From assembly GCF_006345805.1 (NCBI RefSeq), contig NC_043003.1:87358001-87422000 (forward strand): a DNA stretch of 64,000 nucleotides, given 5' to 3'. The first letter of the stretch is position 1. Each line of letters opens with the position of its first letter. Of the stretch, positions 12,526-24,956 are shown piece by piece. This stretch comes from Octopus sinensis. Its lineage: Eukaryota. The position numbers were made by a program, and so were the translations under genes. The notes beneath the pieces were generated by a model, which was not told the DNA's origin, did not search any database, and worked only from the letters and a program-made list of their open reading frames with translations.

Positions 12526-13622
12526 GGAAGTTAAAAGTTATGGCAGGTCATAGAGTGACCACTGGTTTCGCACCTACAAAACGCTTAGCAGTGTAGGTGA
12601 CTCGTGAGATTCAAATTACAGAAGGCGCCTAACTTCTCTAGAACTAGAGGTAGAAATAAGTAACGGCCGGTCGGTTTTGTTAAACCAAAAAATAATTGGC
12701 CATACTGTGAGACGGAGTTATCTCCCTTACATCGGCTTCCGCTATAGTGATATTCGAAGGAGCTGTGATGGGACTTATTCAACGAATGGCGAATTCCATT
12801 CGTTGAACAGTCCCATGTCGATGTAAGGGGTATAACCGGATCTTTTCGGTTTGAACGGCAGTTTTTCCTAGCGGTGTCATGAAATTGTCACCTATAATTA
12901 TGACCCTAGAATCGATCTATTGCATTTCAGTCTTTTTTTCTTCACAAAGGTAAATAAACCCAATCTGTTTCTTAAACGAGGGACATATTCATACGGCACA
13001 GAATATTTTCACCTCAATAGACGTCATTGATTGGTTGAAATTGCAGAAAGAGAACAACACATTCTACCAGTATACGAAGTTTAAAAATGAATGGGCCCAT
13101 CACAGCAAATACAGCATTATTATTTACTTTTATTATTGACTGTTAACTTCGTTTTGGTGTTTAGTTCTTTGCATGCTTTCATTTCATTGACATCAACTTT
13201 CATCTCTTTAGAATCACTAAAGTAAGAACTAGTATTATATTTAAGGGTTAATTACATCAATTACCCCATTTTCCAGCACACAAGACACTGTAGTACATAG
13301 TATAAATATGTAGTGTAACCATTCAATGGTTACGTGGAAATTATTTTTTAAAAACTGCCATTCAAACCGAAAAGATCTATATAACCCCGTCCCGCAGCAT
13401 GGACAATTATTTTTTAGTTTACAGCACCAACTCACCATTTGCATATCTCTTCTTCCAGTTCTAGAGAGATTATGCACCTTCTGCCATTTAAGTCTGACGA
13501 ATCGCTTATACCGCTAAGCGCTAATAGATGCAAAACAAATGGTCTCTCTGTGACCCACCTATACTGCTTTATAGGTGCGAAACCAATGGTCACTCAATGA
13601 CCGGCCATAACTTTTAATTTCC
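12526..13622. mobile_element. About 550-bp foldback element with hammerhead folds in both arms, interrupted by a nested MITE
   Basis: Left end ggaagttaaaagttatggcaggtcatagagtgaccactggtttcgcacc mirrors the right end, and the imperfect symmetry continues to a central 12-bp hairpin (12778-12807). TA on both flanks. Confidence 0.8.
12838..13378. mobile_element. Merlin-like (GG-ended, 8-bp TSD) MITE carrying captured flanking DNA
   Basis: 29-bp TIR GGATCTTTTCGGTTTGAAYGGCAGTTTTT; TSD GTATAACC / ATATAACC; same family as 61104-61527. Superfamily assignment is an inference from the GG ends and 8-bp TSD. Confidence 0.75.
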
Positions 13623-13632
13623 TATTTTCCTA

Positions 13633-13799
13633 CTGTGTGGCTGTGTGGTAAGAAGCTTGATCCCCAACCACATGGTTCCAGGTTCAATCCCACTGTGTGG
13701 CACCTTGGGTAAGTGTAATCTATGATAGCCCAAGGCCGACCAAAGCGTTGCGAGTAAATTTGGTAGATGGAAACTGAAAGAAGCCTATCATGTGTCGTA

Positions 13800-13846
<47 letters not shown>

Positions 13847-14270
13847 AAAAAAAAGTCAAGGTAGAAAATGCTAAAATAATTTTATAAAAAACATTTTAGA
13901 ACTGGTTTCGGTCATTGAGACTTTTTCAACTGTAAGTATGGAAAACAATTAAGTTTTGGAAAAATTAAATGAAAAGTATTTTAAAAGAATATTTGTATTT
14001 GAATAGTATGTAATTATTCTTTTAAAATAATTTTCATTTAATTTTTCCAAAATATGTTTTCCATATTTACAGTTCAAAAAGTCTCAATGACCGAAACCGG
14101 TACTGAAATGTTTTTTATAAAATTATTTTAGCATTTTCTACCTTGACTTTTTCTCTCTCCTCTCTTTCTCTTTCTCTCTGTCCCCCTACCATTGCTTGAC
14201 AGCCGATGTTGGTGTGTTTATGTCCCTGTAACTTAGCTGTTCAGCAAAAGAGGCCGATAGAATAAGTTTG
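13633..14270 (+). mobile_element. Family-1 SINE split by a palindrome inserted at its internal microsatellite
   Basis: Head 13633-13800, (TG)(TA)n, palindrome, then the SINE body resumes near 14165. Confidence 0.75.
13850..14152. mobile_element. About 300-bp palindrome; Penelope-like inverted terminus with hammerhead-like fold (U3-A8 core)
   Basis: Arms 13850-13991 and 14015-14152 with a 23-nt loop; abuts (TA)n. Confidence 0.75.
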
Positions 14271-15368
14271 TCTTATTGTTTTTTAGAATATTTTTTTTTC
14301 TGTTCCTCTAATATTTACATGTATGCATCAAATTTTTTCCACATTAAATTCATCTTTCCTTATTTATACTGTGCTTATTATTATTATCATTCATCAGACA
14401 GCAAACTGTTAGAAACAGCAGCATATTGGCAAAATGCTTAGTAGTATACCTCCAGTTCTTTATGTTCTGAATTCAAATTCTGCCATGGCCAACTTTAGTA
14501 CTGGTTGGGGTCAATATAATCGACTAATCCCTTCCACGAAATTTCAGGCTTTGTACTTGTAGTAGACAAAATGCTTAGCAATATTTTCTCCATCTCTACA
14601 TTCGGAGTTCAAATTCCACCAAGGTCAACCTTGCTTTTTATCCTTTCAGGATTGATGAAATAAGTACCGGTTGCATACTGAGGTGGGGGGGGGCAGTCAA
14701 TGTAATCAACTAATATTTGTGTTCTATTTGGAGTGGTTGTGTGGTAAGTAGCTTGCTTACCAACCACATGGTTCCGGGTTCAGTCCCACTGCATGGCACC
14801 TTGGGCAAGTGTCTTCTACTATAGCCTCGGGCTGACCAAAGCCTTGTGAGTGGATTTGGTAGACGGAAACAGAAAGAAGCCTGTCGTGTGTGTGTGTGTG
14901 TGTGTATGGTTGTGTCTGTGTTTGTCTCCCCAACATCGCTTGACAGCCGATGCTGGTGTGTTTACGTCTCTGTAACTTAGCGGTTCAGCAAAAGAGATTG
15001 ATAGAATAAGTACTAGGCTTACAAACAATAAGTCCTGGGGTCGATTTCTTCAACTAAAGGCAGTGCTCCAGCATGGCCACAGTCAAAAGACTGAAACAAA
15101 TAAAGGAGTAAGAGTACCCACATGACAATGGATGTTAGTTTGTTTACATCCCCTTAACCTAGCAGTTTGACAAAAGAGACCAATGGATTAAGTATCTTTC
15201 AAGGCAGTAGTCCAATGACTGAAAGATTGATAAAAACTATCTCTTATACTATAAGCTATTGTGAATGCTAACAATAATTTTGTTCAATAAATATTGAAAT
15301 GCATTTTTTTTATTTGTTATTTGGTTTTATAATGTTTCTCTCTTTTTTTCTCTTTTTCCTTCCAACAG

Positions 15369-17325
15369 ACTGACCAACCACGACACTTACTGAAGAGCTA
15401 CACACACTAAAGGCTTTAACAGAAATAAGCTTTTTTCTTTTTTTATCTTGTTAAAGGAACTCCTCCAACCTAACGTCTAGTAATTCTTGTTTGGCTTACT
15501 GCCCCATATATATATATATATGTATTTCAGATATGGACATATTATTTTTTGCTATGAGTTTACATCTAACCAGTTCTCAAATTTGGTAATTCATTAAACC
15601 TTGGAATTTATATTGTTTTTTTTTTTTTCTGTCGTTTAGAAGAAAAGGGAAGGATAGGAATTTATTATCATCAGTGTAGCTTTTGGATACAGAGCTTGAT
15701 TTCTTTGGCTGTTATGTGGCTCACCGTTCTGTTGTGCAGATGTTTTCATACAATAGTAAAGTGGGAAAATTCTTTAACACTTTACTTGATTTCAGATGTC
15801 AAATGAATAAACTCGTTTTTCTGTTTCCAAACTTATGAAAATTCACTTGGAGATTGGACGTTAAACGCTGATGAGAAGCTCTTATAACGTTGGTCTTTAT
15901 TTTTTTACCAGGTGAGAGTGTACATGGTTGCTTGATAGCAGCCAAATCTCTGTTGTGTCACCAATGCAATGACGTGAAACACATTTTGACAGATAAACAT
16001 GAGACATGTAACCTTGTGTGTGGTCGCTTGACTTGCTAGAAATAGCAGTTAAATCTCCTTCAAATCCCACTACTGTCTTAAAGAAAGGACACATTAGATA
16101 ATGTAGTCCTACATGCTCTGTTTCAATAAAACATAGGTCACAACTAGAATGCCTTTTACCCACTGGCCTCCTTGACAAAGGTTGACTTGGGATGACTAAA
16201 CAACTGTCAAAGTCAAAATATATGGAAATGGTACATACTGTTGCTCATGGTATCCTATCATGGGTTTTGTATTTTTTTTTTATTCATTCCTTTATTACTT
16301 ACCCACAAGCATAAAAATTGACTAAATTAAAAGGAAAAAAAAAAACTTTTTTTTTTCCTCCCCTCAAAGTCTGATTTGGTTTCTACTTTTATGGTTTCTA
16401 CTCATATCTGAGTATGGTTTCCATATTCACATACATCTTATAAAATATGGTTCTGTAACTACAAATTTTTTTCCCTCATAGCTAATGGTGACCTCTTACT
16501 TTTCAAACGTGCGTTAACTTTAAACTTATACACATCAATGTTTTCAGTACCTTTTAAATGTTTTTGTACCAAGAAATATAAATATATATAATGTGATTTA
16601 ATTTAGGGGACCAAAGTGAATACATTAAATTACTAAGGCTTACCTTAGTTATTATACTGAATATATATACATATATATATACCTTAAATTACTGTATTCT
16701 ATTTAATTTATTATTTTGGATGCAAAGTGGAGTTTGAATTAGTTACATACAATACATACAATCACATGTCTACATTGTCAACTGTTAAATATTTTTGTGT
16801 GTGGATAATTAATTTCTTTTGACTTATACTAAACTGTTGATAACTGCTTTCTGTTAACACTGTTTTATGGTTTATGTGTGTTTCTTTGTAACAGTTGGTT
16901 TTATTTAATTGTCTATATTTGTTTTCTGTTGAAATTTTTATTTTTTATCGTGAATGTTGCTCCTTAACCTTCACAAACTTCAATCAAGTAAATTATTTAC
17001 TCACACATATTTCCACATGGGTCATATGACATATCTGCTAAAAATTCGGCTTCAATTTGATTTTGTTTTTTGTTTTTTTTTTATGTATCCCTCTGCCCAT
17101 TTTATCAATCTATCATAGTTTCATTTCATGTAATTTGACTAAATTTGGAACCATACTTTTGTAAATAATTTCCTATATGAATTTGTGATGGTATAAAAAG
17201 CATACATTTACTATTGAGGATTTTTCTTTTATTTACAAAAAGAAAAGACAATTTCTATACGATTCCATCCTGAAGTACCGCAATGATCTATATATAACGA
17301 ATAAAATTTATTGATTGAAAATACT
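15369..17325 (+). other. Putative spliced 3'UTR exon of GFAT
   Basis: Donor AAT|GTAAGC at 7791/7792, 20 nt after the stop. Strong acceptor (ttttttctctttttccttccaacag|) ends at 15368. About 2 kb of U-rich, mostly repeat-free sequence follows, with AATAAA at 17300-17305. Confidence 0.5.
15855..16190 (+). mobile_element. Degenerate SINE-like repeat inside the putative GFAT 3'UTR
   Basis: Block cttgacttgctagaaatagcag..aaatctcc and 3' end ttgacttggg..taaacaac resemble an old SINE body and tail; GC-richer than the flanks. Confidence 0.4.
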
Positions 17326-20060
17326 TTCGTTGTCTTTAACACTGTTTGAAGTATTCATCATGAAATGTTTAATCTTATCTTATGTTTGTCATACTGGGGC
17401 AACATCTTGAAGGGTAAGTCAAACAAATCAATGCCAATACTTATTTCATTCTGAGCTTGGTATTTGTTCTATCAATCTGTTTATAGATTATAGGGGTGTA
17501 AACAAACCAACACCTGTTAAGCAGTGGTGGGGGAAAGGGGCAAAACAAAGATACACACACACACACACACACATACGCATATGACAGGCTTCTTCCACTC
17601 ACAAGGGACAGGCATGGTAGGAAATTTGCTTCCCAACCATATGGTTCCAGGTTCAGTCTCACTGTGTGACACCTTGAACAAAATGTCTTGTGAGTGGATT
17701 TGGTAGACATTATTATTATTATTCAAAATAATTATTATTATTCAAAACAGTTTGATTCGAATTCCATGCTACTTCAAGTTTTAAAGTCCCTAATGGATTT
17801 TTTATCATCATCATCATCATCATTTAACATCTGTTTTCCGCACTAGCACGGGTTGAACGGTTCGACAGGGGTCTGCGAAGCCAGGAGGCTGCACCAGGCT
17901 CCAGTCTGATCTAGCAGTATTTCTACAGCTGGATGCCCTTCCTAATGCCAACCACTCCGTGAGTGTAGTGGGTGCTATTTTACATGCCACTGGCACAGGT
18001 GCCAGGGGAGTCTGGCAGCGGCCACGATCGGTTGGTGCTTTTAACGTGCCACCGGCACGGAAGCCAGTCAAGGCGGCGCTGGCATCGGCCACCTGGCAAT
18101 AATCTGAATGACTGGAGAGGTTAAAGATGGTTACTGGTAGGTGGGCTGTAATTGGTCAAGGAAGGTCACATGATGTCATGGTTGATAATATTGCTAAAGA
18201 AGTGACAGCAGTTACATGGGTGAAAAGAGTTTCTTTGGCCGCTTGGTTAGATAGGAAATTAGAAAAAATGACTTTATCATTTATTAAATTGGGGCTTGGA
18301 ACAGAAATTAACATGAAATTTTGGTGTAAGGTTTTAATTTAGATCACATTGACCCTTTAGCATTTAAACCAGCTGCCATATCTGGCTCAAATATTCTACC
18401 AGCTTTGTTCAAACCAGCTAGATCCTACCTCTCCCACCTACTCTACAATATCATTCTAAAAATAAACAATCACATCATTGAAATCTCAAAGAGACAAGAC
18501 AGTGCATGATTAATTCAATATAATATGAATAAATAAGCATTTAAAGTTGACAGTAATAAGAACACTAATGGGTTAACAGATGGAGAGGAAATCACTGCCA
18601 GTTTAACAGAGATGGGCTTTCTGCAAGGGTGACTTTAGAGGCACTGTATAGACAAAATCATTCATGGTTGCCCTACTAAGCAAGAGTTAAGGGAACTCAC
18701 CACTGCTTAACCATAAACTCCCAAAATAGATTGTATTTTGGTCACATATTTCTCTTACAGCAAATCAAGTCAAGAAGTGGTACTGGTGTCTGCTTCCTAC
18801 TACAGGAAATCATTATTTTTTGCCATATTCAAAAGAGAAATGTCATATCATTTGACAAATTGAGATATGCTATGCAATATGTAATAGGAAAACCCCAAAT
18901 TGTAATATTTCAGCAGTTAAGCTTTAATTAAAATGTTTCTTTGAGCCAAAGTGGGCTTGAGAAAGCAGTGTTTTGATCAAACTCTACTAGTATTAAGGAG
19001 GTGAGGGTAAATATATAAGCATTACATTTGACAGAGAAATTTGAATGCTAAAGGGTTAAAACAGGAAGTTTATATCATAGAACAATGGACTATTTCAGAT
19101 GGGTTAGTATCAAAAGAGTTAATGTCAAATTTTGCTAATACTGAAATGACCCGTTACTCTTTTACTTGTTTCAGTCATTTGACTGCGGCCATGCTGGAGC
19201 ACCGCCTTTAGTCGAGCAAATCGACTCCGGGACTTAATCTTTGTAAGCCCAGTACTTATTCTATCGGTCTCTTTTGCCGAACCGCTAAGTGACGGCGACG
19301 TAAACACACCAGCATCGGTTGTCAAGCAATGCTAGGGGGACAAACATACACACATACATACATATATACGATGGGCTTCTTTCAGTTTCCATCTACCAAA
19401 TCCACTCACAAGGCTTTGGTCGGCCCGAGGCTATAGTAGAAAACACTTGCCCAACATGCCACGCAGTGGGACTGAACCCGGAACCATGTGGTTGGTAAGC
19501 AAGCTACTTACCACACAGCCACTCCTGCGCCGTTTTTTTTTTCTTGTGACCCAGGTACTGGATATATAGTTTTTCAGCCAACACTTCTGCAACAGGTAAT
19601 GATCTAAAGAGTATTCAGCTGAGTTGTTAGTGTTCTGACCTATTAACTGATGGATCAACAATGTACACCTTGTTACAGACACACCACACCAACAGCAAAC
19701 ACACTGAACTTTCAATAGCTCACTTAATTTGAGTGTATGTTAAAGAACACTAGCATCACTGAAGACTACTTGTTAAATTTAGTGTTGCAGTCTCCACTTG
19801 TCAAGAACTTACGTTTTGCATTACAGGGTTGAAAAACCTCGTTGTTATTATTAGAGAAATAAGCTGACTATGATCTGTTGTATATACAATATTTAATCAA
19901 CAGGGAAAGAGGAGGAACAAATGCTGTGTATTGTACATAGGTTTGATATGAAGCAAGAAAAGAGCATATCAAATGCTTATAGCATTGTAATTCTTACGTA
20001 GGAGACACAGAAGAAATTTGACATCAGAATATTACTTTTATCTTTTGTTTCACTCATTGA

Positions 20061-20602
20061 AGGAAGGTCTCATTGGTGACCAAAGGGCGAATATATCAGG
20101 CCGTCGTTCGTACAGTACTTCTCTATGGCTGTGAAACGTGGCCTATGCGGATGGTCGTTCAACGAGGGCTGGAAGTCTTCGACAATGACTGCCTCCAGTG
20201 CATTCTTCATTGCTGTTGAGTGGATCGTGTTTCCACCGCCAATCTCCGACTTCGCCTATCCCTGCAGTCCCTTCCATCTGTCCTTCTGCAATGGCACTTG
20301 CGGTTGTTTGGCCATGCATGTAGGCGTCTGGTGGGTGAACTGAGCCATGATGTCCTCCCAACTGGCGGAAACGCGTGGGCGGGCAGCTGAACACCTGGAC
20401 TACAATGATCAAGGAGGACCTCTCCGTGCTTACGGGTCCGCAGGTGGTTGGCCTGCGCCGATGGAACCGTGACTGGCTTGCTATTTCCAGTGAACTGGCG
20501 CAGGACCGTCGTGCGTGGGCTGCCATGGTTCGAGATGCCTTGAGGGTGCTGGAAGAAGCTGACTCAACCCGCCCGGGGTGAATGTCGCCACAAGAACAAG
20601 TA
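20061..20602 (+). mobile_element. RTE-clade LINE 3' fragment ending STRPG*
   Basis: KGRIYQAVVRTVLLYGCETWP...LFGHACRR...GGQLNTWTTMIKEDL...SELAQDRRAWAAMVRD...STRPG*, with internal stops; 3' end caagaacaagta. Confidence 0.85.
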
Positions 20603-21474
20603 TTGAACAGCAGCCATGCTGGACCACTTGATAGGGTTTAGTCAAGCAAGTACCCCAGTACTTAATTCTTTAAGCTTGGTATCTATTCAACTAGTCTTTA
20701 CTATCAAACCACTAAATCACAAGGAAGCAAACGAACCAATCTCAGTTGTCAAGCATTGATGGGAAGGAGACTTTTTGTTTTTTTTTTATATATTTTACTT
20801 GCTTCAGTCATTAGACTACACCCATGCTGGGGTACCACCTTGAAGAATGAATCAACCCCCAGTATTTATGTCTTAAGCCTGGTACTTATTCTGTTGGTCT
20901 CTTTTGCTGAACTGCTAAGTTACGCAAACATAAACACACCAAAGCTGGTTGTCAAGAAGTGATAGGGACATACACAGACATAAAGACACACACACACTCG
21001 TATATGTATATGATGGGCTTCTTTTCAGTTTCCATCTACCAAATCCACTCACAAGGTTTTGGTCAGCCCAAGGTTATAGTAGAAGACATTTATCCAAGGT
21101 GCCACACAGTGGGACTGAACCCAGAACCATGTGGTTGGGAAGCAAACTTCTTACCACACAACCATGCCTGGAAAGTTTGAATCATAGAATGGCGATATCA
21201 GGCAGATTGGCATCAAAAGATCTAATCTTCAAATTTTTTTAGTCATTTAATCATTGGCCCTGTAAAAGTAATTGAAAGAGGTGATACCTCTCACTTGCAA
21301 TTTCTTCTTAAAATATTATAGGGTGCAAAAATTAGGCTCTATTGCCAGCACGACTATCTGGAAAATAAGGAATTATTTCAACTTTAGGTACAAGACTACA
21401 AACTTCAAAGAGTAGTGTACAACTGATAGAATTGATCCTGTATATATTACTAGTATTTATTTTATTGATTCCCA

Positions 21475-21925
21475 GAACGCCTTACTTTCTAGGGCATGGA
21501 CACTTTGAAACTCCGTCTGGCAGCTGACTTAGCAGACACCCATAAAATTATCAACCATCTTACAAACAATAACTCTGAGCACCTTTTCGAACTCCACCCG
21601 TCTAACACCCGTGGACATATTTACAAAGTCAGAAAACAGCACAGTTCCCATGACTTTAGGAAACATTTTTTCATGCTGAGAGTTGCTGAAGCATGGAACA
21701 AACTGCCGGCATCAGTTGTTAGTTGTCGGAGCACTACATCCTTCAAAACTTCCATGCTTTCTGAGATTCGCCAACACTACACCTGATTTTCTCCCCTCCA
21801 TACACACACAAGCATGTATCTGACTCATACGTTGTTCGCTTTCCAGACATTTCTACATTACTGCATATACTTTATACACACTTTCTGACAAGTTGTGGTG
21901 CACCTGAGCACTGTATACAATAATT

Positions 21926-21957
<32 letters not shown>
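21475..21957 (+). mobile_element. CR1-clade LINE 3' end, 5'-truncated
   Basis: LGMDTLKLRLAADL..HKII....SNTRGHIYKV....FRKHFF.LRVAEAWNKLP..VV; (ATT)n tail. Confidence 0.9.
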
Positions 21958-21959
<2 letters not shown>

Positions 21960-22564
21960 AGAATGAAAAGCCAAGCTAGCCTTAGCAAGATATGAACTGA
22001 GAATGTAAAGGGACATAACTAGATAGTATGAAGTATTTGGTTTGGTCCTTTACTAAAAGAGAGAGTAAGTGAGAGAAATTGTAAGATGAAATAATGTCGC
22101 TTGGTTAGAAATAAAATATTCATTATAAAATGAATAAAAATTATGACTTCTTTCAGAATTGATATATATTTGTTAATGAGATACATTAAAATAGAAAAAA
22201 AGCAAATCTGGATACAGGGAGTTAATATTTGACTTCAAAATATATAAAGTAGGGGAAAAATGATAAAGCTATTATAAACTATCAGCCTAGTGTAATTAAT
22301 AAAGAAAAAGTTTAATGAATTAGTAGAAACTGTACATTGACAAATTGAATGTTTCGTATTTAGTTTCATATTTTATCAGTGTCACCTCTGCTTTTAGTTC
22401 TTCTGGCACTAATAAAATGAAATATCAGCCAAATATTTGCAGATTAAATTGGCTACCTACCTCAAGAAATTTGATCAAGTGCTCATGTTAGAAAACATTG
22501 ATTTTATATATATATATATATATATACTTGCCATTGATATGGAAGTGCTATTATAAGAGGCTAT

Positions 22565-23700
22565 TGAATGAGTAAAGTGCATGAGATGAAGAGAGTTGCC
22601 TTGTGCTGACCCTACAAAAGGACCAGTTATTCAAATTGACAGCAGCATAGCAGAAAAGATGATCAAAGACTTAAAGAAAAGGAAAGTTGCAAGTGTCCAT
22701 CAAGGATAGTTGCAGAGATGTTTAAAATATCTGGTAATACAGCAAATACAGGATTATCACCTTTCTCCATCCTATTCTTATTCTAGCAATTACACTATCT
22801 GTACATCCGCCTCTACTGCTAATTAGGTCACCTAGGTAGCAGAAATTATCTAAAACTTCCAGAGAGCTGCCTAGACATTTGAGGAAATCAGTGTCTGTGG
22901 TCTTTATGGCTCCTGTACATTTGTCACACACAAAGACTACTTTCTCAGATAACCTTCCTACTATCCCACTGCATTTCTTGTGTGTCCATAGCTTGCACTG
23001 GCTACAACAAATAGTATTTCAACCTACACACTTCCTACATATTGAGCAGGGCCATTTACCAGAAGGGTGAAGGGTTCTGAATGATTTCTTGCTTACTAAT
23101 ACCTTGGTCTTTGCTAAGTTTACTTTAAAACACTTTGATTCTTGGCTGGAGTTTATTTTCTGTGGCACGTAAAAAGCACCATCCAAACGTGGCGATGCCA
23201 GCACTGCCTTGACTGGCTTCTGTGCCGGTGGCACGTAAAAAGCACCAACCGATCGTGGCCGCTGCCAGCCTCGCCTGGCACGTAAAAAGCACCCACTACA
23301 CTCACGGAGTGGTTGGCGTTAGGAATGGCATCCAGCTGTAGAAACACTGCCAGATCAGACTGGAGCCTGGTGTAGCCTCCTGGCTTCCCAGACCCCTGTC
23401 GAACCGTCCAACCCATGCTAGCACGGAAAACGGACGTTAAATGATGATGATGATGATGATGATGAATTCTGTTATAGATTCTGCTATGAGGGTAGATCAT
23501 CAAGATTTCCAGTCTTAAATTCCTCTATTATGGCCTGGAGGACGAAGATGAATAGTGATGGGGAGCTGAGGACTGACACTTGCTGGACACCTACTAGTAC
23601 ACTAAATTCATTGTGCCTATGGCCAACTCTTATCTTAGTAACATCACCCCTGTACATGGCTTGTACTGCTTTCACAAGACATAAGATATAGATAAACCAG
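22565..23700. mobile_element. Rearranged RTE-like reverse transcriptase fragments
   Basis: Minus 22745-23160: KVNLAKTKVL..GKWPCSICRKCVG..CYLGD...RIRIGWRK. Minus 23470-23690: AVQAMYRG..GVQQVSVLS..LFIFVLQAI.EEFKTG. Plus 22590-22737: DPTKGPVIQIDSS..KMIKDLK../..IVAEMFKISG. A younger (GAT)n-tailed repeat interrupts at 23160-23465. Confidence 0.75.
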
Positions 23701-24877
23701 TTTACTTAGCTGTTTTAGTTTCTATATGCTGTGTAAACCTCCAGAAGTGATGCTGAAAGCCATGTTACAATTTTCTATATTAAATCCTAAAACCAATGAG
23801 AAATGTATAAGTATTCGCAAGAATGTTGGGAGAAACTATGCACCATTTTGCTACCAACATCACCAAGGATATGCAAGAGAGATGGAGAAACTAATTAATC
23901 GCACATTATCAACATCATCATAGACCAGATTGTTCAGCTAGTACATCTACAGAATACACACACACACACAGACATATTCATTCAGATGACACGAATAGAC
24001 AGTCCTCTAGGAAAATCTTGTTCCATATATATAGCGGCGTACGTACACTTTGCTCACCTTAGATATATATATATACATACGATGTGTGTATATATATAAT
24101 ATATATATATGTATGTATGTAAGCCATGGTTACATACAGTGGGACTGAACCAAAAACCATGTAGTTGGGAAACAAATTTTTTACTGCACAGCCACACCTG
24201 CACCTATATATTTATTTTTCTTTTCAAAAATGTATACCAAAATAATTTCCAGTGTTTTATACTCCATGTCATTTTAGTACAACATGGTTAAAAGGAATGT
24301 CATTTCCTCAAAAAAAAATATATAAATAATAATAACAAACCTTGAATATGGTGAAGCATCTTATCAGCCAACAAATACTGGAAGTGTTTACAAATGTTTT
24401 ATACATTTCAGTTCATACACACATCACATCATATACTATGTAAACATGCCAGCTTTGCTGTAGCAACAGTCTTAGTTTAATTTAATCCAAGGTAATAAGA
24501 GCACAGTCACAAGGAGTAGATTACCACCCAAGAGGTTCTTCGTTAGACTGTTCGAAAAGTAATACATCCTTGTAGTGTGCTTTCCAACTTAGTTACAAAC
24601 ATATAAAAAAACATGTTTATTTAGAAATGCATATCTATGTTTAGATCTTTAATCTTTAATCTTTTAATCTTTTACTTGTTTCAGTCATTTGATTGCGGCC
24701 ATGCTGGAGCACCGCCTTTAATCGAGCAATTCGACCCCGGGACTTATTCTTTTGTAAGCCCAGTACTTATTCTATCGGTCTCTTTTGCCGAACCGCTAAG
24801 TAACGGGGACATAAACACACCGGCATCGGTTGTCAAGCAATGCTAGGGGGACAAACACAGACACACAAACACACACA

Positions 24878-24956
<79 letters not shown>

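Noticed and set aside
15865-15895. CTGATGAG as a hammerhead core
   Set aside because: It is a mutated (GAT)n retroposon tail; no stem II or GAAA follows.
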